Shown: positions 9,133-21,826, numbered from the stretch's first letter. The stretch: DNA of 64,000 nt from an uncultured Pseudomonadota bacterium (GCA_963749075.1 CAVVLJ010000017.1:288001-352000), one strand, 5' to 3'. Notes: generated from the letters alone by a model not told the origin. Numbers and translations: made by a program.

Positions 9133-10600
9133 CTAGGGAGCTTGCACCTGGACGGGCTTGCCCGGCTTCGTCGCAGCACCGGTTACGATGACCAGGTAAC
9201 GGCGGGGCACATCTGCCCCACCCTGCACGACCTGGCGGATCGGGCCGACGGCGTTGACGATCGCCGAGCCCGCCGGGTTGGTCATGAAGCCGGCGAGCGG
9301 CTCGAGGGCGCCGGAGCCGTCCGCGCGGCTCGCCAGTGCCAGCACATAGGGCTGCTTCGGCTCGAGCCCGGTGACCGCCGCCTCCAGCACCTGCACCAGC
9401 CCCTGGTCGAACAGCGTCACGCTGGTCGGCGCCTTGGCGCCGGCCGCCGTTTTGCCGCCCGCCGGCACCATCGTGAAGTGAGCCGCCTGGCCGGCGATGC
9501 CGAGCGGCTGCAGCCCCTCCGTTCCCGCACCTTCCGGCACGGCGTCCGGCACGTAGACGACGGCCTGGGCGCCCTGGCCGATCGGCACGCTCGCGATCAC
9601 CTTGTTGCGTCAGCGTGTCGATCGCGGTCAGCTTGTCGCCGTTCTCGAGGCCGACATAGACGCGCGAGCCGTCGCCCGAGGGCCAAATGCCGTGCGGCAG
9701 CTTGCCCACGGGAATGGTCGCGACCAGGCTGAAGTCGTCCGTGCGGAAGACCTTGACCTCGTTCAGGCCGCCCACCGTGACATAGGCGAACTGGCCGTGC
9801 GCGTTGCGCACGATGTTGACGTGGTTGGTGATCGGGCCGGTATCGAGCATCTTGAGCACCGAGAAGGGCGGCCGCGCGTCGAAGACCTGGGTCTTGCCGG
9901 TGTCCTTGAGCGTGAACCAGACCTGAGAGCCGTCCGGCGTCGCGGCAATGTTGGGGCAGAACGGGCTCGCCTGCTGCACCCTCCCGACGATCTTGTGGTC
10001 GGCGACCGAGACGACGTCGGTCTCGGGATTGAAGGACGAGCAGACGTAGCCGTACTTGCCGTCTGGCGAGAAGATCGTCATCCCCGGGCCGTTGGGCGTG
10101 GTGATCCGCGTCTTCTCCTCGTAGGTCGAGCCGTCCAAGACGGACACATAGTTCTCGCCGCGAACGGTGACCCACACCTCCTTGCCGTCAGGCGTGAAGA
10201 ACGCCTCGTGCGGCGCGCGGCCGACATAGGTGATGTGCTTGATGGCGTTGGTTGGCGTGTCGATGAAGGTGACGGCGTTCGAGCCGATCGCCACCACGGC
10301 GATGGTGCGGTGGTCGGGCGAGAAGCCCATGCCGTGCACAAGGAGCTGCCCCTTGTAGAGCGGGCTGAAGTTCGCCGGCACCGGCTCGCCCAGCCGAATG
10401 ACGCCGAGCAGCTTGTTGTCGGCCGGATCGGTGACCGATACCGTGTTGGAGAACTGCTCGGCGGCATAGACGCGGTCGCGATGGCTGATCGGCACGTCGG
10501 GATCGGAAGCGGCCCCCGGAGCCTGCCCGGCCCAGGCCGAAGTGCTGCCGATCACAATGATGCTGCCGAGCAGCGCCGCCATAAATGGGTTCGCGATCAC
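9133..10600 (-). CDS. Secreted YncE/YVTN-type beta-propeller, +1 frameshift near 9608
   Basis: AAGGAG RBS and GTG overlapping the DUF305 stop; signal peptide; repeated FSPDG/VWVT blades; continues in the 9133..9600 frame. Confidence 0.8.
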
Positions 10601-11127
10601 TATGGCTCCTTTCGCATGTTCATCGGTGGCGTGGCGGTCGGAGGAGACGGCCCTGCCGACAGGTCCGACGGCTGATCGGGGGCTGCGGCCGGCGGCGGCA
10701 GAGGCTGCCCGAGCGCGAGCCGCATCGCGACGATCTCCTGCTGCTGCCCGACGATGATTTCCTGCGCGATCCGCCGCAGCTGCTCGTTGTGCCCGTAGCG
10801 CAGCTCGGCCCGAGCCATGTCGATCGCCCCCTGGTGGTGCGGGATCATCATGGCGGCGAAATCGACGTCGACGTCGCCCGACGGCTTGATCTCCATGCCG
10901 GCCATCATCCTCGTCATCGCGCCGACATTCTCGGAGAGGAACGGTGCCTCCTGGGGCGGGGACGAGCGGAACGCCGCCGAGCAGATCGCGGTCAAGTACT
11001 CGGCCAGGGACGGCGCCTCGGCCGGCTGAGCGGCCGGCAAGGCCGCATCTGCGACGGCGAGCACGCCGAGCGCGGCGGCGAGGCCCAGGGCGATAAAGGA
11101 CCACCGCCCGCGCGGAACCTTATGCAT
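10600..11127 (-). CDS. DUF305 (CopM-like four-helix) secreted protein
   Basis: GAGGAG RBS; signal peptide; DVDFAAMMIPHHQGAIDMARAELRYG; Met-rich. Confidence 0.85.
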   Translation of the reverse strand: MHKVPRGRWSFIALGLAAALGVLAVADAALPAAQPAEAPSLAEYLTAICSAAFRSSPPQEAPFLSENVGAMTRMMAGMEIKPSGDVDVDFAAMMIPHHQGAIDMARAELRYGHNEQLRRIAQEIIVGQQQEIVAMRLALGQPLPPPAAAPDQPSDLSAGPSPPTATPPMNMRKEP

Positions 11128-11304
11128 CTTCCCTCCTCGCCTTGCCGCCGCCTGCACAGTTCGACGGCCGGCCGGTCGGTTGCTCTTCCTCTCCGTTGAC
11201 ATGGCCACCATATCGGCCGCAGGCAAGGAAATGTCACCCGCATGCGGGCGAGGGCAGGCGATTCCCGTCTTTCCATCGCCGCGCCGATCTGCAATAAGCA
11301 AGCC

Positions 11305-12609
11305 ATGATCCCGCGCTACAGCCGTCCCGCCATGGCGGCGATCTGGTCGCCCGAGAACCGCCTCCGCATCTGGTTCGAGATCGAGGCGCATGCCGCGGAC
11401 GCGCAGGCCGCCCTCGGCGTCATCCCCAAGCGCGCCGCAGCCGCCATCTGGAAGCACGGGCGCGGCAAGGTGAAGCCCGCGCGGGTCGAGGCGATCGAAG
11501 CGCGCGTGCATCACGACGTGATCGCCTTCTTAACCGCGCTCGCCGAGCAGGTGGGCCCCGAGGCGCGCTTCGTGCACCAGGGCATGACCTCATCGGACGT
11601 GCTCGACACCTGCCTCGCGGTGCAGCTCAAGGAGGCGGCCGATCTCCTGCTGGACGACCTCGACCGCGTGCTCGCGGCCCTCAAGATGCGCGCTTTCGAG
11701 TACAAGACGACCGCGACGGTCGGGCGCAGCCACGGCATCCATGCCGAGCCCACGACCTTCGGGCTCAAGCTCGCCGGGCACTACGCCGAGTTCGCGCGCA
11801 ATCGCAAGCGCCTCGTGGCCGCGCGGCGCGAGATCGCCACCTGCGCCATCTCGGGTGCGGTCGGCACCTTCGCCAACATCGACCCGCGGGTCGAGCGCTA
11901 CGTGGCGGAGAAGCTCGGCCTCGCGGTCGAGCCGGTCTCGACCCAGGTCATCCCGCGCGACCGCCATGCGGCATACTTTTCGGCCCTCGCCCTCATCGCG
12001 AGCGCCGTCGAGCGCATCGCCGTCGAGATCCGCCATCTCCAGCGGAGCGAGGTGCGCGAGGCCGAGGAGTATTTCGCACCCGGCCAGAAGGGCAGCTCGG
12101 CCATGCCGCACAAGCGCAACCCGGTGCTCTCCGAGAACCTCACGGGGCTCGCGCGGCTCGTGCGCTCCCACCTCGCGCCGGCGCTCGAGAACGTCGCCCT
12201 CTGGCACGAGCGCGACATCTCCCATTCGGCGGTCGAGCGGGTCATCGCACCCGACGGGACGATCGCGCTCGACTTCGCCCTCGACCGCCTCGCGGGCCTC
12301 GTCGAGCGGCTCGTCGTCTATCCCGACAACATGAAAGCCAATCTCGAGCGCTACGGCGGGCTCGTGCATTCCCAGCGCGTGCTCCTCGCCCTCACCCAGG
12401 CCGGCATGAGCCGCGAGGACGCCTATCTCGCCGTGCAGAGGAACGCCATGAAGGCGTGGCAGGAGGGCGGCGACTTCCTCGCCGGCCTTCAAGCGGACGC
12501 CGAGGTGCGCGGGTATTTGAGCGCCGCGGCGCTGGCCAAGCTCTTCGACCTCGGCTACCACACGAAGCACGTCGACCGCATCTTCCGCCGCGTCTTCGGC
12601 AAGGTGTGA
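11305..12609 (+). CDS. purB: Adenylosuccinate lyase
   Basis: MIPRYSRP, GRSHGIHAEPTTFG, GSSAMPHKRNP. Confidence 0.98.
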   Translation: MIPRYSRPAMAAIWSPENRLRIWFEIEAHAADAQAALGVIPKRAAAAIWKHGRGKVKPARVEAIEARVHHDVIAFLTALAEQVGPEARFVHQGMTSSDVLDTCLAVQLKEAADLLLDDLDRVLAALKMRAFEYKTTATVGRSHGIHAEPTTFGLKLAGHYAEFARNRKRLVAARREIATCAISGAVGTFANIDPRVERYVAEKLGLAVEPVSTQVIPRDRHAAYFSALALIASAVERIAVEIRHLQRSEVREAEEYFAPGQKGSSAMPHKRNPVLSENLTGLARLVRSHLAPALENVALWHERDISHSAVERVIAPDGTIALDFALDRLAGLVERLVVYPDNMKANLERYGGLVHSQRVLLALTQAGMSREDAYLAVQRNAMKAWQEGGDFLAGLQADAEVRGYLSAAALAKLFDLGYHTKHVDRIFRRVFGKV

Positions 12610-12613
12610 GGCC

Positions 12614-13594
12614 GTGCGCCGCCCCGCCGCCGCCCTGCTCGCCGCCGCCCTGCTCGCCGCATGGGTGCTGCCGGCGGCGGCCGAGACCCTCCGCTGGGAC
12701 ATGGCGAACGAGTACCCGGCCAGCTCGATGCAGGGCGAGGGCGACGCGGTCTTCGCGGCGGAGCTCAAGGAGCGCACGGCAGGGCGCATTGCCCTCGTCG
12801 GCCATTTCGACGCGACGCGCGGCAAATCGGCCGACATCTTCCGCGCCGTCGGCGCCGGGACGACAGACCTCGGCGATGTCTACGCCGGAGCACTCGGCGG
12901 CGTGGAGCCCGTCTTCCTCCTCTCCTCGCTGCCTTTCCTCGCGGTGACGACGGAAGCGGCCGAGCGGCTCTTCGAGACGGCGCGCGCGGAATACGACCGC
13001 GTCCTTGCCGAGCACGGGCAGAAGCTCCTCTACGCCTCGCCCTGGCCGCCGAGCGGCATCTGGGCCAAGAAGGCAATCGTCGAGGTTGCAGCGCTCAAGG
13101 GCCTGCGCATCCGCACCTACGACGCCACCAGCACCCGGGTCTTCGCGGCGGTGGGTGCTGTCCCGTCGCAGCTCAGCTTCGCCGACGCGCTGCCGCGATT
13201 GCGCGCGGGCGAGATCGAGGCGGTGCTCTCCTCGGGCGACGGCGGCGCAGGTGCGCGCTTATGGGACTTCCTCGACCACTTCTCCGCGGTCGACTACGCC
13301 ATGCCGCTCAGCCTGGTGACGATCAACCTTAAGATCTGGAACGGCCTCTCCGGCGAGCTCAAGCGCGCGGTCGAGGCCGCGGCGGGAGCCGCGAGCGAGC
13401 GGCAATGGCGGGTCATCCACGGCCGCGTCGAGGCGAACTACGCGCGCATGCGCGAGAACGGTGTCACGATTGCGGAAACGGTCTCGCCGCAGCTCGCGCA
13501 GGCTTTCTCGGCGGCGGCGGCGAGTGCCATCGCGGAATGGGAAGAAAAGGCGGGTCCGGCCGGGCGCGAGATACTTGCCGCCTATCGGAAGTAG
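12614..13594 (+). CDS. TRAP transporter solute-binding protein (DctP family), no dctQM nearby
   Basis: Signal peptide; WDMANEYP, PWPPSGI, LKGLRIRTYD. Confidence 0.85.
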   Translation: MRRPAAALLAAALLAAWVLPAAAETLRWDMANEYPASSMQGEGDAVFAAELKERTAGRIALVGHFDATRGKSADIFRAVGAGTTDLGDVYAGALGGVEPVFLLSSLPFLAVTTEAAERLFETARAEYDRVLAEHGQKLLYASPWPPSGIWAKKAIVEVAALKGLRIRTYDATSTRVFAAVGAVPSQLSFADALPRLRAGEIEAVLSSGDGGAGARLWDFLDHFSAVDYAMPLSLVTINLKIWNGLSGELKRAVEAAAGAASERQWRVIHGRVEANYARMRENGVTIAETVSPQLAQAFSAAAASAIAEWEEKAGPAGREILAAYRK

Positions 13595-13617
13595 GGCCCT
13601 CCCGCGCCCGCGGCGGG

Positions 13618-13950
13618 CTAAGGCTTGACCTCGGCCATCACCTGCTGCTGCGCCTCGGCGAGGCACTCCTCAAGGTGCCTGCCGATGCGGTGGGTGGAGA
13701 TAACCAGGCCGTGCTGGTGGAAGTCCATGGAGAGCATCTCGACAAGATGCTCGTCGACATGCTTGGCGAGGTTCTTCTCGATGATCCCTTTGGCATAGGC
13801 CTCGGCAGCGGCGCCGACGAGGCCCATCTTGCTCGCGGCCCACAGCCCGATCAGCTTGTCGCGCCGCACCGTCACCTTGAAGCGCAGCTCCTCGTCGTGC
13901 CGGTACTTCGCCTCGAACTGCTTCTCGCGGTCGTCGAAGATATGGCTCAT
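13618..13950 (-). CDS. DUF1476 / ATP synthase zeta inhibitor family
   Basis: FDDREKQFEAKYRHDEELRFKVTVRRDKLIGLWAA. Confidence 0.9.
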   Translation of the reverse strand: MSHIFDDREKQFEAKYRHDEELRFKVTVRRDKLIGLWAASKMGLVGAAAEAYAKGIIEKNLAKHVDEHLVEMLSMDFHQHGLVISTHRIGRHLEECLAEAQQQVMAEVKP

Positions 13951-14057
13951 CGGCGCTGTGGCTCCTCCTCGAGGGCGGCCCGCAAGGGGAGCAGGTGCTG
14001 CCGCGCGGGACGAGTCTTTTATAGCGGGGCGACCTTGCGGGTGGTATCGAAATCCTC

Positions 14058-14843
14058 ATGTGCACCGTCGTCGTTCTCCTGCGCCCCGGACATGCCTGGC
14101 CGCTCCTCATCGCCGCCAACCGCGACGAGATGCTGAGCCGGCCCTGGCGGCCGCCGGCCGCCCATTGGCCGGACCGGCCAGGCGTGGTGGCCGGGCTCGA
14201 CGAGCTCGCCGGCGGCAGCTGGCTCGGCGTCAATCGCGACGGCGTCGCGGCGGGCATGCTCAACCGCCGCGGCTCCCTCGGACCTGCGGCGGGAAAGCGC
14301 AGCCGCGGCGAGCTCGTGCTCGAGGCGCTCGACCATGGCGACGCCGTGGCGGCGGCGGAGGCGCTCGCCGACCTCGATCCCCACGCCTACCGCACCTTCA
14401 ACATGGTGGTTGCCGACAACAGCCAGGGCTATTGGCTGCGCAACCGCGGCGACGAGGGGCCGGGCGTCATCGAGCTGCTTCCGCTGCCGCCCGGCTATTC
14501 GATGGTCACCGCCTACGACCGCAACGACCGCGCGAGCGCCCGCATCCGCGACAACCTGCCGCGCTTCGAGGCGGCGGCGGTGCCCGATCCCAAGCGCGGC
14601 GACTGGGCGGCGTGGCAGGCGCTCCTCGCCAGCCGCGGCGCCGCGGCGGAGGAGAATGCCCCCGAAAATGCCCATGAAAACGCCCATGAAAGCGCCATGT
14701 GCATCGTCACCGACTACGGCTTCGGCACCTCATCGAGCTCGCTGATCGCACTTCCCTCGGTCGAGAGGCCGGAAATCCGCCCCGTCTGGCTCTTTGCCGC
14801 AGGGGCGCCGGGCGAGGCGCCCTATTTGCCGATCGTTCTTTGA
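14058..14843 (+). CDS. NRDE/TANGO2 family protein
   Basis: MCT...[28 protein letters not shown]. Confidence 0.92.
   Translation: MCTVVVLLRPGHAWPLLIAANRDEMLSRPWRPPAAHWPDRPGVVAGLDELAGGSWLGVNRDGVAAGMLNRRGSLGPAAGKRSRGELVLEALDHGDAVAAAEALADLDPHAYRTFNMVVADNSQGYWLRNRGDEGPGVIELLPLPPGYSMVTAYDRNDRASARIRDNLPRFEAAAVPDPKRGDWAAWQALLASRGAAAEENAPENAHENAHESAMCIVTDYGFGTSSSSLIALPSVERPEIRPVWLFAAGAPGEAPYLPIVL
14652..14699 (+). repeat. Four imperfect 12-bp tandem units in the NRDE gene
   Basis: GAGAATGCCCCC/GAAAATGCCCAT/GAAAACGCCCAT/GAAAGCGCCATG = [16 protein letters not shown]. Confidence 0.8.
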
Positions 14844-15015
14844 AGTTTCATGGTATGTTCAAAACTCGGAGGCGTTGTTTTGTGCGAGCCATGTTGCTAT
14901 ATCAGGCCGTGCGACGGGTGCCGCGCGTCACGAGAGCCGCACTTCGACAGACGGCCGGCCGGGGCCATTCCCGGGACCGGCCAGTCCCTGCCCATGCGCG
15001 CCAGCGGGTTCGAAC

Positions 15016-15780
15016 ATGTCCAGACGCAAGCGCATCTATGAAGGCAAGGCGAAGGTGCTCTACGAGGGCCCCGAGCCGGGCACCATCGTGCAGTACTTCA
15101 AGGACGACGCGACCGCCTTCCACGCGCGCAAGCGCGGCGTGATCACGGGCAAGGGCGTCCTCAACAACCGCATCTCCGAGTACCTCATGACGCGGCTCGG
15201 CGAGATCGGCGTGCCGACGCACTTCCTGCGCCGCCTGAACATGCGCGAGCAGCTCGTGCGCGAGGTGGAGATCATCCCGCTCGAGGTCGTGGTGCGCAAC
15301 GTCTCCGCCGGCACCTTCGCCGAGCGCTTCGGCATTGCCGAGGGCACGGCACTGCCGCGCTCGATCGTCGAGTACTACTACAAGAACGACGAGCTCTCCG
15401 ATCCCATGGTGGGCGAGGAGCACATCACGGCCTTCGGCTGGGCGACGCCCCAGGACCTCGACGAGATCATGTCGCTCGTGCTCCGCATCAACGATTTCCT
15501 CGCCGGGCTCTTCCTCGGCGTCGGCATCCGCCTCGTCGATCTCAAGGTCGAGTTCGGCCGCCTGTGGAACGGCGACGACATGCGCATCGTGCTCGCCGAC
15601 GAGATCACGCCGGACAGCTGCCGGCTGTGGGACCTCAAGACCAACGAGAAGCTCGACAAGGACCGCTTCCGCCGCGATCTCGGCCAGGTCGCCGAGGCCT
15701 ACCAGGAGGTGGCGCGGCGTTTGGGCATCATGCCCGAGGCGGGCCCCGCAGATCTCAAGGGCCCCTCGGTCATGCAATGA
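15016..15780 (+). CDS. purC: SAICAR synthetase
   Basis: [43 protein letters not shown]. Confidence 0.98.
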   Translation: MSRRKRIYEGKAKVLYEGPEPGTIVQYFKDDATAFHARKRGVITGKGVLNNRISEYLMTRLGEIGVPTHFLRRLNMREQLVREVEIIPLEVVVRNVSAGTFAERFGIAEGTALPRSIVEYYYKNDELSDPMVGEEHITAFGWATPQDLDEIMSLVLRINDFLAGLFLGVGIRLVDLKVEFGRLWNGDDMRIVLADEITPDSCRLWDLKTNEKLDKDRFRRDLGQVAEAYQEVARRLGIMPEAGPADLKGPSVMQ

Positions 15781-15823
15781 CGCGAGGAGGAAGCGCGCCG
15801 GCAAGGAGAGAACGGCGGGTTTC

Positions 15824-16066
15824 GTGAAGGCCAAGGTCCATATCACGCTCAAGGGCGGCGTGCTCGATCCGCAAGGTAAGGCGATCGCGCACGCGCTCCT
15901 CTCCCTCGGCTTCGCCGGGGTAGGCGAGGTCCGCCAGGGCAAATACATCGAGATCGAGCTCGCGGAGAGCGACCGCGCCAAAGCCCAGGCCGCGGTCGAC
16001 GCCATGTGCCGCAAGCTCCTCGCCAACACCGTCATCGAGAACTACGCGATCGAGCTGGTGAGCTAG
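15824..16066 (+). CDS. purS: FGAM synthase subunit PurS
   Basis: VKAKVHITLKGGVLDPQG...LLANTVIENY. Confidence 0.95.
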   Translation: MKAKVHITLKGGVLDPQGKAIAHALLSLGFAGVGEVRQGKYIEIELAESDRAKAQAAVDAMCRKLLANTVIENYAIELVS

Positions 16067-16192
16067 TGCCGGGAAGCGTTGATGTCTGATAGACCCCCCA
16101 CCCTACCCTCCCCCTCAAGGGGGGAGGGGAAGTGCATGGCATGGCAACAAACTTCCCCCTCCCCCTTGAAGGGGGAGGGTGGGGAGGGGGTG
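16063..16192. mobile_element. MITE-like copy B (left shell plus core) between purS and purQ
   Basis: Starts at CTAG containing the purS stop; core nearly identical to copy A including the spacer; right shell degenerate. Confidence 0.8.
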
Positions 16193-16242
16193 GCGCTCAA
16201 AATCGCGAGAGGCGGCGCTCGGAACGCCGAGGTGCCAGCGCC

Positions 16243-16928
16243 ATGAAAGCCGCCGTCATCGTCTTTCCCGCCTCCAACTGCGACCGCGACGTGAAGGAGG
16301 CGCTCGAGCGCACGCCGGGCGTCGAGCCGGTCATGGTGTGGCACAAGAGCACCGAGCTGCCCAAAGTCGACCTCATCGTCATCCCGGGCGGCTTCGCCTT
16401 CGGCGATTACCTGCGCGCGGGCGCCATGGCGGCGCACTCGCCCGTCATGTACGAGGTGCGGCGGCGGGCGGCGGGCGGCACGCCCGTCCTCGGCATCTGC
16501 AACGGCTTCCAGGTGCTGACCGAGGCGGGCATGCTGCCGGGCGCCTTCCTGCAGAACGCCGGGCTCAAATTCGTCTCCAAGGACGTCTTCCTCAAAGTCG
16601 AGACGAGCCAGAGCATCTTCACCAACCGCTACGAGGCGGGCGAGACGCTGCGCATCCCGATCGCCCATCACGAGGGCAACTACTACGCCGACGAGGAGAC
16701 CCTGAAGCGCCTCGAGGGCAACGGCCAGATAGCCTTCCGCTACTGCAACGAGGCGGGCGAGGTGACGCCGGAGGCCAACCCCAATGGTGCCGCGCGCAAC
16801 ATCGCCGGCATCTTCAACGAGAGCAAGACCATCCTCGGCCTCATGCCGCACCCCGAGCGCCTGGCCGAAGCCGCACTCGGCGGCAGCGACGGCAAGGCGC
16901 TGTTCGAGGCCCTGGCCGAGGCGCTCTC

Positions 16929-16932
<4 letters not shown>
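16243..16932 (+). CDS. purQ: FGAM synthase glutaminase subunit
   Basis: [29 protein letters not shown]. Confidence 0.97.
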
Positions 16933-19172
<2,240 letters not shown>

Positions 19173-19175
19173 AGG

Positions 19176-19412
19176 ATGCCGATGGCGGCCAGCGAGATCG
19201 AGCGCCTGATCAAGCAGGCGCTGCCCGACGCGCGGGTCACGATCGAGGATCTGCGCGGCGACGGCGATCACTATGCGGCGCACGTCGTCTCGGCGGCCTT
19301 CAAGGGCAAGACCCGCGTGCAGCAGCATCAGCTCGTCTATCAGGCACTGCGCGGCCGCATGGGAAGCGAGCTCCATGCCTTGGCACTGCAGACCACGGCA
19401 CCCGCCGATTGA
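19176..19412 (+). CDS. bolA: BolA family protein
   Basis: GDGDHY..F.GKTRVQQHQLVY..ELHALAL. Confidence 0.95.
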   Translation: MPMAASEIERLIKQALPDARVTIEDLRGDGDHYAAHVVSAAFKGKTRVQQHQLVYQALRGRMGSELHALALQTTAPAD

Positions 19413-19454
19413 CAACCCCAGAGCGGCACAACCCTAAAGCAAGGTGATTGCAAA

Positions 19455-19793
19455 ATGGCCGACACACCCCTGGCAGAGCAAATCCGCAAGGAGATCAGCG
19501 AGAACGAGGTGGTGCTCTTCATGAAGGGCACGCCCGTGTTCCCCCAGTGCGGCTTCTCGGCCGCGGTGGTGCAGGTGCTCAATCACCTGGGCGTCAAGTT
19601 CAAGGGCGTCGACGTGCTCCAGGATGCCGAGCTGCGCCAGGGCATCAAGGAGTTCAGCAGCTGGCCGACCATCCCGCAGCTCTACGTCAAGGGCGAGTTC
19701 GTCGGCGGTTGCGACATCATCCGCGACATGTACCAGTCGGGCGAGCTCGCGGAGCACCTCAAGGGCCAAGGCGTCGCGACCAAGGCGGCATAG
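19455..19793 (+). CDS. grxD: Monothiol glutaredoxin Grx4
   Basis: FMKGTPVFPQCGFS, WPTIPQLYVKGEFVGGCDI. Confidence 0.97.
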   Translation: MADTPLAEQIRKEISENEVVLFMKGTPVFPQCGFSAAVVQVLNHLGVKFKGVDVLQDAELRQGIKEFSSWPTIPQLYVKGEFVGGCDIIRDMYQSGELAEHLKGQGVATKAA

Positions 19794-19948
19794 CGCCCGA
19801 ATCATTGATGCGCGGGTCACCCCCTCCCCACCCTCCCCCTTCAAGGGGGAGGGGGAAATTTATTGTCACGCCATGCACCTCCCCTCCCCCCTTGAGGGGG
19901 AGGGTCAGGGAGGGGGGTGGGATACGCATCAATGATGGTGAGTGCTAG
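19791..19948. mobile_element. MITE-like copy C; core (19818-19919) inverted relative to shell
   Basis: Begins at the grxD TAG, ends GATGGTGAGTGCTAG; reverse complement of the core matches the copy A core. Confidence 0.82.
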
Positions 19949-19980
19949 CGCGCTGGACTGAGGCCACGGGTTCATTCCCC

Positions 19981-21084
19981 TTGCGCCCACGCTTCAAGCT
20001 CGCCCTCATGTGGACGGCGCTCGCGGCCATCCCGCTCCTCGCGGCGGTCGCCCTGGTGCTCGGCTATTACGCCTTTGCCAAGCTCACCTATGGCGCCTAT
20101 GCCTGCGGCTCCTTCGCCAAGCTCGACGGCGAGCTCGGCTGGGTGCTCAAGCCTTCGGCCTCGAGCTGCCTCGGCGGCCACGACGCATTCTCGCCGGGCC
20201 CGCCCTGGTTCGAGGTCCCGGTTGCCACGGACGCGAGCGGCTTCCGCGCCTTTCTGCCGGGCGGCGAGACGCCCACGGGCGGCATCATGGCGGTCGGCGA
20301 TTCCTACACCTTCGGCTACGGCGTCCCCTTCGAGGAGAGCTATCCCGGCCTCCTCCAGGCCGCGACCGGCGTCTCCGTCGTCGACGTGGCGAGCCCGGCC
20401 TACAGCTCGGCCCAAGCCCTGCTGCTCGCCGAGCGCTCTCTCGCCAAGCTGCGGCCGCGGGCGATCGTCTATCTCGAGATGGGCCAGTGGAGCCGCGACG
20501 CCTGCCGCGGGGCAAGCCGGCCTCAGGCCATCCTCAAGCCCTGCTACTGGCAGCCCCCGGGCAGCGCCGAGGCGGAGCTCGTGCTGCCGCCCGCAGGATT
20601 GGTGCAGCGCTGGGCCGCATGGGGTGTGCTTCCCGGCGGCATGATCGGCGCCGGGGAGATCAGCTGGGACTACTTCCTCGTGTCGCGGCCGGTGTTGCAA
20701 GTGGTGATGGCGCTGGCCCGCTTCGGCATGATGCCGGGCTTCGCCCACGACTTCGCCGCGGTCGGCGTCGACGGGGCGGCGATGCGCGGCGCCGCCGTCC
20801 GCCAGCTCGGCGTTCTCGCGGCCGACGCCAAGGTGCCGGTCATCCTGCTCGACCCCGGGGACGCCTTGCCGCCCGAGATGCTGGACAAGCTGCCGCCCGC
20901 GGAGCGCGGCTTCATCCATCGCATCGGCAAGGCGCTTTGGGACGTAGCGGTGGCGCTGCCCGCGGCCTCGCTGCCGCCCGAGCAGCAGCACCCGCCCCAC
21001 GACGACCATTTCGGCCCCGGCACCAACCGCCTCATCGCGGCGCTGCTTGCGAAGGAGCTCCGCGCGCTCGGCGTCGTCCAGTAG
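19981..21084 (+). CDS. Membrane-anchored SGNH/GDSL hydrolase-like protein
   Basis: N-terminal TM; AVGDSYTFGYG block I; C-terminal DDHF; start uncertain (TTG 19981). Confidence 0.7.
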   Translation: MRPRFKLALMWTALAAIPLLAAVALVLGYYAFAKLTYGAYACGSFAKLDGELGWVLKPSASSCLGGHDAFSPGPPWFEVPVATDASGFRAFLPGGETPTGGIMAVGDSYTFGYGVPFEESYPGLLQAATGVSVVDVASPAYSSAQALLLAERSLAKLRPRAIVYLEMGQWSRDACRGASRPQAILKPCYWQPPGSAEAELVLPPAGLVQRWAAWGVLPGGMIGAGEISWDYFLVSRPVLQVVMALARFGMMPGFAHDFAAVGVDGAAMRGAAVRQLGVLAADAKVPVILLDPGDALPPEMLDKLPPAERGFIHRIGKALWDVAVALPAASLPPEQQHPPHDDHFGPGTNRLIAALLAKELRALGVVQ

Positions 21085-21097
21085 AGCGCGCCACCGA

Positions 21098-21679
21098 TTA
21101 CGCAGCAGCGGCAGCCCCGGCGCCGAGCCGCTTGGCCAGGGCTGCCACCCGCGCGCCGAGACGCTCGGCCGTCTTGAGGTCGCTCTCCCGCATGCCCTCG
21201 AGCCCCTGGTCCGCATTGGACTGCGCCATGGCGCCGATGAAGCTGCCGAGGCGGTTGAGGTCGTCGAGGCTGCCCTTGGAGTGGTTGTTGCCCGGAAGGA
21301 GATCGAGCCCGACCCAGATCATGCCGTGCTGGGCCGCGAAGACCGCGAGCTGCACGAGCGTCGAGAGCTTGTCGCCGCTCTGGGAGGCCGAGTTGGTGAA
21401 GCCCGCCGCGAGCTTGTCCTTCCATTGCTGCCCGGCCCAGCGTTTCGACGACCACTCCATGAAGGCTTTGAAGGGTGCGGAGGCGCTGCCCATGTACGTG
21501 GGAGCGCCGAAGATCAGCGCATCCGCATTGTCGAGCACCGCCACCCGTGCCTCGGCCTCCTCCACCGAGACCAGCGTCGCGTCGCTGCCCGGCACGGAAC
21601 GCGCGCCCGCGAGCACCGCCTCGGCGAGCGCCTTGGTGTGCCCGTAACCGCTGTGATAGACCACTGCCACGCTTGCCAT
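21098..21679 (-). CDS. WrbA-like flavodoxin / NAD(P)H:quinone reductase
   Basis: VYHSGYGHT, FGAPTYMGS, KLAAGFTNS..SGDK. Confidence 0.92.
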   Translation of the reverse strand: MASVAVVYHSGYGHTKALAEAVLAGARSVPGSDATLVSVEEAEARVAVLDNADALIFGAPTYMGSASAPFKAFMEWSSKRWAGQQWKDKLAAGFTNSASQSGDKLSTLVQLAVFAAQHGMIWVGLDLLPGNNHSKGSLDDLNRLGSFIGAMAQSNADQGLEGMRESDLKTAERLGARVAALAKRLGAGAAAAA

Positions 21680-21748
21680 CGTCTGCTCCTCTCATCCTGC
21701 CGCGCCGGCGGCCGTGGGCCGCAACGGGCCTTGGGTTTCGTTTTTCCT

Positions 21749-21826
21749 GTTACTTTCGCAAAGTAACTCCGATAATTGGTGACACGGGAGATAGCTATTG
21801 TAAAGTAGGTACCTTTTAGATACTTA
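21749..21826. promoter_or_regulatory. AT-rich divergent control region with operator palindrome
   Basis: GTTACTTT-cgc-AAAGTAAC (21749-21767) and AAGTA...TACTT (21803-21825), between the flavodoxin and HxlR genes. Confidence 0.6.

Noticed and set aside
16132-16242. N-terminal extensions of purQ, cysS (33783), 506..835 and other ORFs containing [16 protein letters not shown]
   Set aside because: They are translations of the intergenic repeat; conserved starts lie downstream.
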